Source: a virus
Reading direction: 5' to 3' (one strand)
IMG/VR virus record: IMGVR_UViG_3300037297_000065
Span: 1-61,289 of that record
Length of the DNA stretch: 61,289 nt
A program made the translations under genes and the position numbers. A model generated the notes under the pieces. The model saw only the letters and a list, made by a program, of their open reading frames with translations, made no database searches and had not been told where the DNA came from. This document shows positions 25,259-34,220 of the stretch, piece after piece. Each line of letters starts with the position of its first letter. Positions within the stretch are counted from its first letter, which is position 1.

Positions 25259-25749
25259 TTTACATTTCTATGTACCTCGCGGCAATTGTCGCCGCAAACT
25301 TGACCGTCGCCACCTTTGGGCCTGACTGGTCGATTGTCAACGCTTTCTTGTTCATCGGTCTGGACCTCACAGCGCGCGACAGGCTTCACGATCAATGGCA
25401 AGGCAATCTCGCGCGTAATATGTTTTTGTTGATTGCTTCCGGTGGCGCACTATCGGCGGCATTGAATATCGGCGCGCTAAAAATCGCCATTGCCTCAACC
25501 GCCGCCTTCGTCTGCGCCGGCGTGGTAGATACCATCGCGTATCATATGATGAAAGACCGCGCGCGCCTCGTTCGGATCAACGGCAGTAACCTGTTTAGTG
25601 CAGCGGCGGATAGCTTGGTTTTCCCGGTGCTTGCGTTTGGCTTTCCGCCGCTGTGGGGGGTCATCGCCGGGCAATTCATTGCTAAGGTTTGCGGCGGCTT
25701 TATATGGAGTATGGTGTTTTATGTTGCGGCTAACCTGTCTCGGAAATAA
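25255..25749 (+). CDS. YhhQ/VUT (DUF165)-like membrane transporter, queuosine-precursor transporter candidate
   Basis: 164 aa, polytopic; ANLTVATFG, IGLDLTARD, FSAAADSLVFPVLAFG match remembered family pattern. Confidence 0.6.
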   Translation: MIYISMYLAAIVAANLTVATFGPDWSIVNAFLFIGLDLTARDRLHDQWQGNLARNMFLLIASGGALSAALNIGALKIAIASTAAFVCAGVVDTIAYHMMKDRARLVRINGSNLFSAAADSLVFPVLAFGFPPLWGVIAGQFIAKVCGGFIWSMVFYVAANLSRK

Positions 25750-25789
25750 TCATTTTCAACACCTAAATAAAAACCGCTGGGGCGTGCTA

Positions 25790-26356
25790 ATGACACCGCA
25801 GCATGGCGGAACCTGGAAAGAACGACTTGAGTCCTGCCTAGTCTTTGCTTGTGACAATGACCGCTTTAACGCTTCTTATTCGGATGAAAGCTTTTTAAAG
25901 ATGCTCAACTTAGTTGAACCATATGCCGAAAAATGCAAATGGATACTCGCGCCTGATGTAGTGGGCGATGCCACCGGCACGCTTGCCGAGTTTCCAGAGT
26001 GGTACAAGATTATAGCGCCGCGTTACCCCGTGGCGCTTGCCGCTCAGAACGGTATGAAACCCGGTGACGTTCCCTGGGATCAAATTGCCGCGCTGTTCAT
26101 TGGTGGAGATGACAGGTTTAAGGATGGATTGGACGCCGCTACGCTTGTCTTAGAAGCAAAGCGGCGCAAAAAGTGGGTACACATCGGGCGCGTTAATACC
26201 CGGCGACGTGTTCTAATGTCTGCAAAGCTGGGTGCAGATAGCATAGATGGCACACATGAAGTGTTTGAGCCTAATGTAGCTATTCCCAGACTAAACCGCT
26301 GGATGAGAGAGGCCCGCGCTATTATAGATGGAACACAAATGATGTTGCCGTTCTAG
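25790..26356 (+). CDS. Short TGT-fold protein, DpdA-like DNA transglycosylase candidate
   Basis: ALFIGGDDRFKD and KLGADSIDGTH resemble TGT AIGGLSVGE and GIDMFDC; start uncertain (ATG 25790 or GTG 25784). Confidence 0.45.
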   Translation: MTPQHGGTWKERLESCLVFACDNDRFNASYSDESFLKMLNLVEPYAEKCKWILAPDVVGDATGTLAEFPEWYKIIAPRYPVALAAQNGMKPGDVPWDQIAALFIGGDDRFKDGLDAATLVLEAKRRKKWVHIGRVNTRRRVLMSAKLGADSIDGTHEVFEPNVAIPRLNRWMREARAIIDGTQMMLPF

Positions 26357-26503
26357 TCATTTTCACACTAAATGCCACCTGTAGTATAATTACTTCGCAC
26401 AAAGAAAAGGCCGGGCGGCAACCCGGCGCGGCGGAAATGATACGATTGGCGGCACGTCTTTAGTATATCAAATGGTAAGAATATGTCAAATAGGAGATGG
26501 ACT

Positions 26504-26857
26504 ATGCAGGTCAATATGCCAGACTTTCTCAAACTAGATCACGAAATTAATGAGTTGAACGGTCTATTGGGGCGACCAATTATTGAAGCAAGTACCTTAG
26601 CCGTGGCCGCCGGATGTCATTTTTCAGACGCAGTGAGGCTCTTATTGCACCTAGTTGCAATTGGCGCGGCAGAAATGGGTACGCACGTCTTTCATATGGC
26701 GCATCCGGAAACGCCGCCCGCACTTACAACGACAGACACATACGAGTTTCCACTTTTTTGTGACATCTGCGAAGAGGAATTTGAAGCGTCCGAAGCGTGG
26801 TGTCAACCTTTTTTTCTTTTAAAAGAAACGATTGAGCTTGTGGTAAATGGCAAATAG
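26504..26857 (+). CDS. Hypothetical protein
   Basis: Start at ATG behind AGGAG (track 26483). Confidence 0.45.
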   Translation: MQVNMPDFLKLDHEINELNGLLGRPIIEASTLAVAAGCHFSDAVRLLLHLVAIGAAEMGTHVFHMAHPETPPALTTTDTYEFPLFCDICEEEFEASEAWCQPFFLLKETIELVVNGK

Positions 26858-26868
26858 GAGTTTTGACA

Positions 26869-27972
26869 ATGGGTAAAAAACTTTACTTCCCCACCGATGA
26901 AGGCGGGATTCAGTTCAAAACAGAGCGTCGCGTCGGTGACGTGCGCATACCGAACTACATCTACGATTTGTGGATGCCCTTGATTGGCTCAGACGCCATA
27001 GGCGTTTACGCGGTCTTTTGTCGGCTTGAGCGCTCTGGTGGTATTAAGGGTATAACGATGCAAGATATTGCCAACGCCTGTCGGATAGGAAAGGCAAAGC
27101 TTGCGAAGCTCATGAAGATACTTGAGGAATGTGAATTCATTGAAACGAAAAAACCGACCGGGCAAGCGCGCTTATGGCACTATACGACCGAGATTACGGT
27201 CAAAGACCCAGCTCAAGAAATTTCAAAGGAAATCATAGAAGAATATCAACCCTCGCGCGGTTATGAGCCGCTAACGCCTTGGCTCTCCGAGGAAGAATCC
27301 CCGGAAATACCAAATGGTACGTCCGACAGTACCAAACAGTACGTTGACGAAATACCAAATGGTACGTCTACTGTTGAATCTTCTATTTTGCACCCTCTAT
27401 TAGTTGAAAATAGCGCCGCTAGCGCGACGCCGCCCCCGCCGCAAGCGACGGAAGATGCTCAAGATACCCAAGACGCCCAGACCGTTGAAGCGAAGGCACA
27501 AACGCTACAAGACGTTCTCAGAATGAACGTCAAAGCAATCAAGGCGTGGGCCAAAGGTGCAACGCAAGACGAACGTAAGGCACTCGTGGCGCTGGAGAGC
27601 AAAAAAGACAAGCCGCGTCAAGGCGTTTTAGACATCGCGGGAGTCGTCAACCAGCGCATTTTCAATGGCGCGCTGTACATCGCCTACGGATATCAAAACG
27701 GCGACACGAGTTTTCTCAACAAGGGACAGGTCGTCAACCTGTACCGTGAGGCGAGGCGCATCGAAGAGAAGGGCATCACCGCAGACGATTTGCTGAGGTT
27801 CAACGAATGGTGGCAAAAATCTAATGAATGGAAGGGGGGCGGGCCGCATCTTTTGCGTAAGCCGTCGTTAATCCTCACAAAATGGGCCGAATTCACGGCG
27901 CAGCAGCAAGTGATTCGGTGGCAGATGCAACAACAAGCTGCGCGTTATGCTAATATCGAAGTATTTGGATAA
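26869..27972 (+). CDS. Replication initiator-like wHTH protein
   Basis: N-terminal ITMQDIANACRIGKAKLAKLMKILEECEFIE wHTH; lies two genes upstream of DnaB. Confidence 0.5.
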   Translation: MGKKLYFPTDEGGIQFKTERRVGDVRIPNYIYDLWMPLIGSDAIGVYAVFCRLERSGGIKGITMQDIANACRIGKAKLAKLMKILEECEFIETKKPTGQARLWHYTTEITVKDPAQEISKEIIEEYQPSRGYEPLTPWLSEEESPEIPNGTSDSTKQYVDEIPNGTSTVESSILHPLLVENSAASATPPPPQATEDAQDTQDAQTVEAKAQTLQDVLRMNVKAIKAWAKGATQDERKALVALESKKDKPRQGVLDIAGVVNQRIFNGALYIAYGYQNGDTSFLNKGQVVNLYREARRIEEKGITADDLLRFNEWWQKSNEWKGGGPHLLRKPSLILTKWAEFTAQQQVIRWQMQQQAARYANIEVFG

Positions 27973-27986
27973 AGGGGAAAAGAGCA

Positions 27987-28496
27987 ATGATTTTTCAGCA
28001 TACATGGCAGAGCGTTTTAGCTGGTCGCAAGACGCAAACGCGGCGAGTAGTAAAACCGGGCGAAGTACGCAGCCATTTATCTAATGGTGTGCTGGCGAGC
28101 GGTCGCCTTAAGTGGCAAGTCGGACGCACCTACGCCGTACAGCCAAAAATGAGTAAGCCGGCGATATGGTTTCATCGGGGGTTAGATATTTTGGACTTTG
28201 ATGTAAGTTCAAAAGAAGCGAAAGAACACCGGGCGGGCCTTGGTTATCGCGAGATGCGTATCAAGCTAGTGGGCATTCGCCTAGAGCGGCTGCAAGATAT
28301 TGACAGGGCCGGGCTAAAAGCGGAAGGGTTCGAATCTTTTGAAAGTATCAGCGTTGATATTGACGGGTATGTAGATCAAACGTCATGGAGCGCACTAGAT
28401 TGTTTTATTGAGTCCTGGGACATGCACCACAGGCCCGGCACGCGCTGGGAAGATAACCCGCAGGTTTGGGTATTTGATTTTGAGTTGGTGAAATAA
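27987..28496 (+). CDS. ASCH-domain protein
   Basis: N-terminus QSVLAGRKTQTRRVVKPGE typical of ASCH/PUA-like fold. Confidence 0.6.
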   Translation: MIFQHTWQSVLAGRKTQTRRVVKPGEVRSHLSNGVLASGRLKWQVGRTYAVQPKMSKPAIWFHRGLDILDFDVSSKEAKEHRAGLGYREMRIKLVGIRLERLQDIDRAGLKAEGFESFESISVDIDGYVDQTSWSALDCFIESWDMHHRPGTRWEDNPQVWVFDFELVK

Positions 28497-29938
28497 TGAC
28501 CGACCTCACCATCCTTAAAAAAACACAGCAAGAAACGGCCATCATGCAGCAGTGGACCGAGGCGTCCAAACAGCTTATCGCTTGTTGCCTGATAGAGCCG
28601 GACATGCTAGACCACGCCTTCGACGTAAAGCCCGAACACCTCTATGGCCAGTGGGCGGACGTGTGGGCCAGCCTTCAAAAACGCGCGGTTAACGGCGCGG
28701 TAGATTTGCGCGGCGTGCTGGGTGGACTTCCCGACGACTGGCGCGAGTCGTTAGTCAACCAGGCATACACGCAAGCCGATGCTGACGCGATAGCGCACGA
28801 ACTTGTTAGCTACCAGCGCGAGGTCATGCCGGTCAAGGCTTATGTGGTTGAATACGTCAACCGGGTCAAGGATGCCTATCGCCGGCAGTATAATCTTGAA
28901 ACGGTCGGCAGTCTCGCTAAGGCGTCGCTGGACTTAAAAGCCGACATTGATAAGGCCGAGAGCGTCGCAGTAGACCGTCTTGTCTCAAATGATACGAGCG
29001 CCAATACCATCACGTGGATGTCAGAGATCGCCGAGGACGTTATCGCCGAGCTATGGCACAACGTCGAAAACCCGGCAGATATACGCGGAATGATAACGGG
29101 GCTGCGCGATTTAGATCGTTCCGTTGGCGGCTTTGAGCCTAGCAATTACGTCTTGATTGGCGGGCGGCCATCGATGGGAAAAAGCGCACTTGTATTTGAG
29201 ATTGCTAAGCGTTTCGCAAAACAGGGACACACCGGTCTTGTCTTAACATCCGAAACGAGTAAGCGCATGTTCCTACTCCGTATGGCGTGCTCAAGCGTCG
29301 GCGTCAACTACCAGTCGGAATTTAAGACCGGGCGGCTCAATCCGGGTAACGAAAAGCGCCGTACACGTGACGGTGACATTTCGACCTGGGATGCACTCGA
29401 TATGGAAATTGGGCGATTAAGTCAGTTGCCGATTGCACATGTTTCGGCAAGTCATACGCCGGCGGAATTATACGCCTTGGCTTACCGGATGCAGCGCGTC
29501 AACGACCTTAAATTTGTTTTGGTTGATACGATCAACCTACTCGCCAATGACACAGAGACGAGCAACGAACATAGGGCACTTACGAATCGAAGCGCTCAAC
29601 TCGCAAGGATAGCGCACGACTTGAACGTCTTGACCATCGCCACGTGGCAGTTGTCGCGTAACGTTGAAAAGTCAGACGACAAGGTGCCCACCCTCGACCA
29701 CTTCCGGGAGAGCGGGAGCAGTGAAGAGCACGCCGATATTGCAATATTCGTCTATCGCCCGGAATATTATAAAAAAATGGGCAAGGAGCACAAGGGCACA
29801 ATGCCCAACGGTGATGAGATTACCGACGACGAAGTGGTTGCCATCATTGCCAAAAACCGCGATGGCCAATCGGCGCGCTGGGTACGGATGGCGTTCGATC
29901 GTGCTTACGCGCGCGTGCGTAACCGGGAGGTGACCTGA
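28496..29938 (+). CDS. dnaB: Replicative DNA helicase DnaB
   Basis: 480 aa; Walker A GGRPSMGKSAL; ESGSSEEHADI; IIAKNRDG. Confidence 0.9.
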   Translation: MTDLTILKKTQQETAIMQQWTEASKQLIACCLIEPDMLDHAFDVKPEHLYGQWADVWASLQKRAVNGAVDLRGVLGGLPDDWRESLVNQAYTQADADAIAHELVSYQREVMPVKAYVVEYVNRVKDAYRRQYNLETVGSLAKASLDLKADIDKAESVAVDRLVSNDTSANTITWMSEIAEDVIAELWHNVENPADIRGMITGLRDLDRSVGGFEPSNYVLIGGRPSMGKSALVFEIAKRFAKQGHTGLVLTSETSKRMFLLRMACSSVGVNYQSEFKTGRLNPGNEKRRTRDGDISTWDALDMEIGRLSQLPIAHVSASHTPAELYALAYRMQRVNDLKFVLVDTINLLANDTETSNEHRALTNRSAQLARIAHDLNVLTIATWQLSRNVEKSDDKVPTLDHFRESGSSEEHADIAIFVYRPEYYKKMGKEHKGTMPNGDEITDDEVVAIIAKNRDGQSARWVRMAFDRAYARVRNREVT

Positions 29939-30366
29939 TGCGCGGCACCGGCGTCGTGACGAACGTATTTGATACAAGCCGCCTCAGATGTCTTTTACTT
30001 GACGAACTTGATTCAATGGTGTATGCAAATGAACGAATTCCAGCAAAGGGGTTTTTGTTTTTACAGGCACTCGCTGATTTGCTACTCATTGAGCAGATTC
30101 GCTTGTTGCAGGCCATGAAAAAGAGCCAGCGCACAAAAAAGGAGCTTTCGCGCTGTTTTTTGGAGCGACAGGCGCTCGCGTTTCAGGCGACGCGCGCGGC
30201 GAAAAAATGGGACTATGAAGCCGATCTACCGCTTGATTTTTTATCACGCTCGTTTAAAACGTCTGGTGGACAGCATTGGCTTTGGAATGATATGGTAAAG
30301 CGCGGCGTGTATGAGATGCCCGCGGTGTGGTATGAAATACAAGAGAAAGACAATGAACAAAATTAA
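29938..30366 (+). CDS. Hypothetical protein
   Basis: 142-aa ORF, ATGA-type overlap with dnaB. Confidence 0.45.
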   Translation: MRGTGVVTNVFDTSRLRCLLLDELDSMVYANERIPAKGFLFLQALADLLLIEQIRLLQAMKKSQRTKKELSRCFLERQALAFQATRAAKKWDYEADLPLDFLSRSFKTSGGQHWLWNDMVKRGVYEMPAVWYEIQEKDNEQN

Positions 30367-30655
30367 CTGTGAACCAATGCTTAGCCAACCACCACAACGC
30401 GCGCCCATGTTGAGCCAAGCCCACGGCGGCGCATCGCAGCGTTCACTTTTCGGCGGTCTTCAAAACATGCGCGCTTTTTATGGCGTGTGCGACTGGTGCG
30501 ATGCGCATTGGTGGGATAACCCGATCGAGCGCTGGGCGTGGCGTATTGATGACTGTACCGACGTGTGTCCGGTGTGCGGGGAAGTACTGGACTGGTACGA
30601 TAAGGTGGAAGTCGAGCGAGAGAAAAAAATGCGAGGGGGCGAGCAATGCGAATAA
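30311..30655 (+). CDS. Cys-rich hypothetical protein (start uncertain)
   Basis: CDWCDAHWW..CPVCGE; alternative ATG 30353. Confidence 0.4.
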   Translation: MRCPRCGMKYKRKTMNKINCEPMLSQPPQRAPMLSQAHGGASQRSLFGGLQNMRAFYGVCDWCDAHWWDNPIERWAWRIDDCTDVCPVCGEVLDWYDKVEVEREKKMRGGEQCE

Positions 30656-31431
30656 TATCTTTGGGTTGGGGCGTTCAATCGTGGGCGCTCGCTGCGATGG
30701 TGGCCCTCGGTGAGTTGCCAATGGTAGATGCAGCAGTTCATAGCGACACGCAATTTGAGCGGTCGGAGACTTACGAGTTTGCGAAACAGTGGACGCCGTG
30801 GCTCGAAGCGCGCGGGGTGCGTGTTGTGACAGTGAAGCCGCGCAAAAATTCGATGGTGCTGTTTGATGATACCGGGCGCACTATGCTTCCCTTGTACACG
30901 AAAGACACAAATGGAAACGGCGGAATGCTCAAGCGAACCTGTACGAACAGATGGAAGATTGCCCCCCAGCGTCGTTGGGCTAGTGATGAATTAGCTCGAC
31001 GCGGTTTAAAAAAGACACCTGGCGTAATTGAAAAAATGCTTGGTATCACGTCCGATGAAGCACACCGCGCCAAGACCAACGACGTGAAATACATCGTCAA
31101 TAAATATCCATTCCTAGAAGATGGCTGTTGGTTGTCGCGCGCTGCGGTCGTGCGATGGCTCAAAGATCACGATCTACCTATTCCGGTTAAGAGCGCGTGT
31201 CTTATGTGCCCGTACCACAGTCGCGCAGCTTGGGACGAAATCAAGTTATCAGGTAGTGGGGACTGGCAGCGTGCGCTTGAAATTGACGAGGCGATACGCA
31301 ACAAACGCAAACGCGCTGGATACACATGCTATTTAGTGCCAGAACTCGTGCCATTAGAGCAGATTTGCGCACAGATGAGTTTATGGAACGACGCGCCGAC
31401 GCTGTGCGGCAACGTCGGTTGTTTTTTATAG
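30646..31431 (+). CDS. PAPS-reductase-family (PP-loop superfamily) protein
   Basis: CTNRWKIAPQRRW resembles conserved C..KV.PL motif; PP-loop position reads SLGWGVQS; C-terminal CLMCPYHS. Confidence 0.55.
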   Translation: MRIISLGWGVQSWALAAMVALGELPMVDAAVHSDTQFERSETYEFAKQWTPWLEARGVRVVTVKPRKNSMVLFDDTGRTMLPLYTKDTNGNGGMLKRTCTNRWKIAPQRRWASDELARRGLKKTPGVIEKMLGITSDEAHRAKTNDVKYIVNKYPFLEDGCWLSRAAVVRWLKDHDLPIPVKSACLMCPYHSRAAWDEIKLSGSGDWQRALEIDEAIRNKRKRAGYTCYLVPELVPLEQICAQMSLWNDAPTLCGNVGCFL

Positions 31432-31441
31432 GAGACGAACA

Positions 31442-31525
31442 ATGCGAAAAAACATAGTCATCGCAGTTATCATCTGGTTCGCTATCAATTCGCTGATGGA
31501 GCGAGGCTATCCGTGTGATGAATGA
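31442..31525 (+). CDS. Small TM peptide (27 aa)
   Basis: AGGAGACGAACA SD; MRKNIVIAVIIWFAINSLM..; below ORF-track cutoff. Confidence 0.35.
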   Translation: MRKNIVIAVIIWFAINSLMERGYPCDE

Positions 31526-31551
31526 ATATCAACAAAAAAGGAGGTGTAAAT

Positions 31552-32982
31552 ATGTGGCAGATCAACAATTCAGACTTGGTTGAGTGGCTAGAAAATTATG
31601 ACGGTCCTAAATTCCATGCCGTCCTTAGCGATCCGCCATACGGACTAGCGTTCATGGGTAAAAAATGGGATAGCTTCACTACACCCCAAGTCTTTCAAAC
31701 CTAGGTTACTGAATGGGCGACGCTGCTAATTGAACGTGCTCTATACCCCGGCGCAGTCTGTGCGTTTTATGGTGGTACACGAACAGCGCATCGATTGGCG
31801 TCAGGGTTGGAGGACGCAGGGCTTGAGTTGTTCGATGCTGTGGCGTGTTGGAGTTACGGAAGCGGATTCCCGAAAAGTCACGACATAAGTAAGGCCATCG
31901 ACCGTGAAGCCGGGGCGGAGCGGGAGGTGGTGGGAAGAAAGTTTTATGGCGACGGCAAACCAAGCCGAATACAAGCGGATCAAAACGACTTGAGGCATGA
32001 TGGATACGCGAGACCGTGGCGCGATAACCCAGAGCACGTAGAAAGAATGCATAGTGAAACCCTTCCCGCCACGCCCGACGCCGAATGTTGGGACGGCTAC
32101 GGCACGGCTTTAAAGCCGAGCTTTGAGCTTGTATATCTCTGCCGAGCGCCACGCAGCAACTTGCGCTATGTTGATCTCGCATTGCAGTATGGGACAGGGG
32201 CGTTGAACGTGGATGGGTGTAGGGTCGGGACGGATGATACAACAGTGCGGCATAACTCATCATCATCATCATATATGACGGGCGAAATTGGGGCGATTCA
32301 ACCCAAGCAAAGCGAGTACACAACCGGCTCTATCAAAGGCCGCTATCCACCCAACACGCTCTTATGCCACCACCCGACTTGCACCGAGGCGGCATGCGTC
32401 GAGGGGTGTCATGTATTGGAAATGGGGAGGCAGAGCGGGGAGGGGGCAAGCAAGTCGGGCTTTCGTGGGGCGGGGATAAATGACCCAACGTTTAAAGCAC
32501 CGGAATATGCATCAACGATACGCGGTCATAACGACTTCGACACCGCCGCGCGCTTTTATCCTCAGTTTCGTTATGCGGCGAAGGCGAGCCGAAGTGAGCG
32601 GGATAAGGGGTTAGAGGGATTTGAGGTCAAGCAGAAATACGCGCAAGATGGAAGCTGGGCAAGCCACGAGGTTTTTAGTGGTGCATCAGGCGATGAAGCC
32701 CGGAGAGCCAAGCATCCCGCTAACCCAACCTATAACCCGCACCCCACGCTTAAGCCTATCGCCATGAATAAATGGCTTGCAACGCTTTTGTTGCCGCCAC
32801 CGCTCGATACACCGCACCGAATCTTAATCCCTTTCGCGGGTACAATGAGCGAGGGTGTTGGCGCAATGCAAGCCGGTTGGGATGAGATCGTAGGTGTGGA
32901 AACGGACGTTGAGTATTGTGGGCTTGCACAAGCAAGGATGCGGTATTGGGAGGGTATAGGAACGCAACAAAAATTATTTTAG
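31552..32982 (+). pseudogene. N4/N6 DNA methyltransferase interrupted by one in-frame TAG (31702-31704)
   Basis: SDPPYG N-terminal motif and FAGTMSEG C-terminal motif lie in one frame split only by TAG, at a position where I recall homologues having Trp (TGG). Confidence 0.8.
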
Positions 32983-33009
32983 ATTTGTGTTTTACAAATG
33001 CGGGGGTGA

Positions 33010-33039
33010 TTGACACACGCCACCACGCCATGATACAAT
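33010..33039 (+). promoter_or_regulatory. Sigma-70-like promoter ahead of structural module
   Basis: TTGACA-18 nt-TACAAT. Confidence 0.6.
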
Positions 33040-33077
33040 GGCATTGATAGCAGCTTCATTCTCTTTTTCTCCTTACG

Positions 33078-33103
33078 AGGGGCGCTCAATCGGTAGCGCC
33101 CCT
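33078..33103 (+). terminator. Hairpin about 40 nt downstream of the promoter (attenuator/terminator-like)
   Basis: AGGGGCGCT-CAATCGGT-AGCGCCCCT followed by TTGACTTTTTT. Confidence 0.4.
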
Positions 33104-33133
33104 TTGACTTTTTTATTCCTCTTGCCTTATAAT
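33104..33133 (+). promoter_or_regulatory. Second sigma-70-like promoter
   Basis: TTGACT-18 nt-TATAAT, overlapping the T-tract of the hairpin. Confidence 0.55.
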
Positions 33134-33162
33134 GAATTTGATAGTTATTCTAAGGATGATCG

Positions 33163-33261
33163 ATGGAGATTTTTATTGTTCTCGCCGTCATGTTCGTTTT
33201 TGTGTTTATCGCCGGTGGCGTTGCTGGCGTGGCGCTATATAAGTTCTGGACGGATAAATGA
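33163..33261 (+). CDS. Small TM peptide (32 aa)
   Basis: AAGGA SD; MEIFIVLAVMFVFVFIAGGVAGVALYKFW. Confidence 0.35.
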   Translation: MEIFIVLAVMFVFVFIAGGVAGVALYKFWTDK

Positions 33262-33298
33262 TGACTGATGTGGACTGCTACACGGGGCAGTGATATCG

Positions 33299-33385
33299 AT
33301 GAAGCGCATTTGGCCCTGGCTGGCGTTCTTTGTATTTGAGGCGCTGTGCTTTATCGGCGCGGTGTTGCAGGCGGGGAGTGTATGA
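33299..33385 (+). CDS. Small TM peptide (28 aa)
   Basis: MKRIWPWLAFFVFEALCFIGAVL; TGA overlaps next ATG. Confidence 0.3.
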   Translation: MKRIWPWLAFFVFEALCFIGAVLQAGSV

Positions 33386-33621
33386 GTAAGCCCGTCTCGT
33401 TTCTCGCGTCATTTCCGCCTATTCAAAGCGCCATAAAAATCACGGGCAACGGTGATGGAATGCGAATACAACTCGACATTCCAGAAAGCGAAATGGGCGA
33501 AGCGGCAAAGCTCATACTTTACCGCCAATGTATTGTAAGGGTCACGATTCAACCAGAGGATTATCAAGTTGTCAAAGAAAGTACGGTTACTGGCCGGATC
33601 AAGGCAAAAAGGCGAGAGTAG
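33382..33621 (+). CDS. Hypothetical protein
   Basis: Start at MSKPV (ATGA coupling); track start 33346. Confidence 0.45.
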   Translation: MSKPVSFLASFPPIQSAIKITGNGDGMRIQLDIPESEMGEAAKLILYRQCIVRVTIQPEDYQVVKESTVTGRIKAKRRE

Positions 33622-34213
33622 CAAGGCCGTTCAAGCTTGCAACGATTATTTACGGATGGGGCCGGGGCGGTCTCTTTTTCGTCTTATTGAAAAATATAAT
33701 GAATTAGAAGAAAGTATAACGGTTCCAACACGTGCGAAGGGTACCGTTAATAAGTGGTCTGCCGACTACGCATGGCAAGAACGCGCCGAGTCTTACGACG
33801 TTCGTATAGAGGAACAAAAGAATAAACGCGCCGAAGAAATTATGAATTCCGGTCTCGCGCTTGAACACGAGCGTACCAAAAAGTTAAAAGAGCTTTACGC
33901 ATTACTTGAAAAGCAGCTTTTTGAAACTGACCCCGCCACGGGTGTTTTACATAATCTTTGGTTGAAAGATTATAAATCAATCGGTCAGGGCGAGGCGCTT
34001 GAAATTGAACGTTTTAATGCACCCCTTATCAGAGAAATTCGCGCCACGCTCGATGATATTGCAGCGGAAACAGGCGGGCGTGTAAGGCAAGTTCAAGCAA
34101 AGAGCCTCAATATCGACCTTGATTCTCTAACAAATGAAGAGCTGACGCGAGTCGTCGCAGGGGAAGACATTACGTTGATTCTAGCACAGAGGGGTCAGAA
34201 AAAAGCAACGTGA
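33569..34213 (+). CDS. Terminase small subunit candidate
   Basis: HTH-like AVQACNDYLRMGPGRSLFRLIEKY; coiled C-part; position upstream of TerL. Confidence 0.5.
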   Translation: MSKKVRLLAGSRQKGESSKAVQACNDYLRMGPGRSLFRLIEKYNELEESITVPTRAKGTVNKWSADYAWQERAESYDVRIEEQKNKRAEEIMNSGLALEHERTKKLKELYALLEKQLFETDPATGVLHNLWLKDYKSIGQGEALEIERFNAPLIREIRATLDDIAAETGGRVRQVQAKSLNIDLDSLTNEELTRVVAGEDITLILAQRGQKKAT

Positions 34214-34220
34214 GGATGAC

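Noticed and set aside
31702-31704. Genome-wide TAG reassignment (alternative genetic code)
   Set aside because: TAG terminates several well-supported genes (stops at 6762, 26354, 32980, 57500). No suppressor tRNA is present, and only this one gene has an internal TAG.
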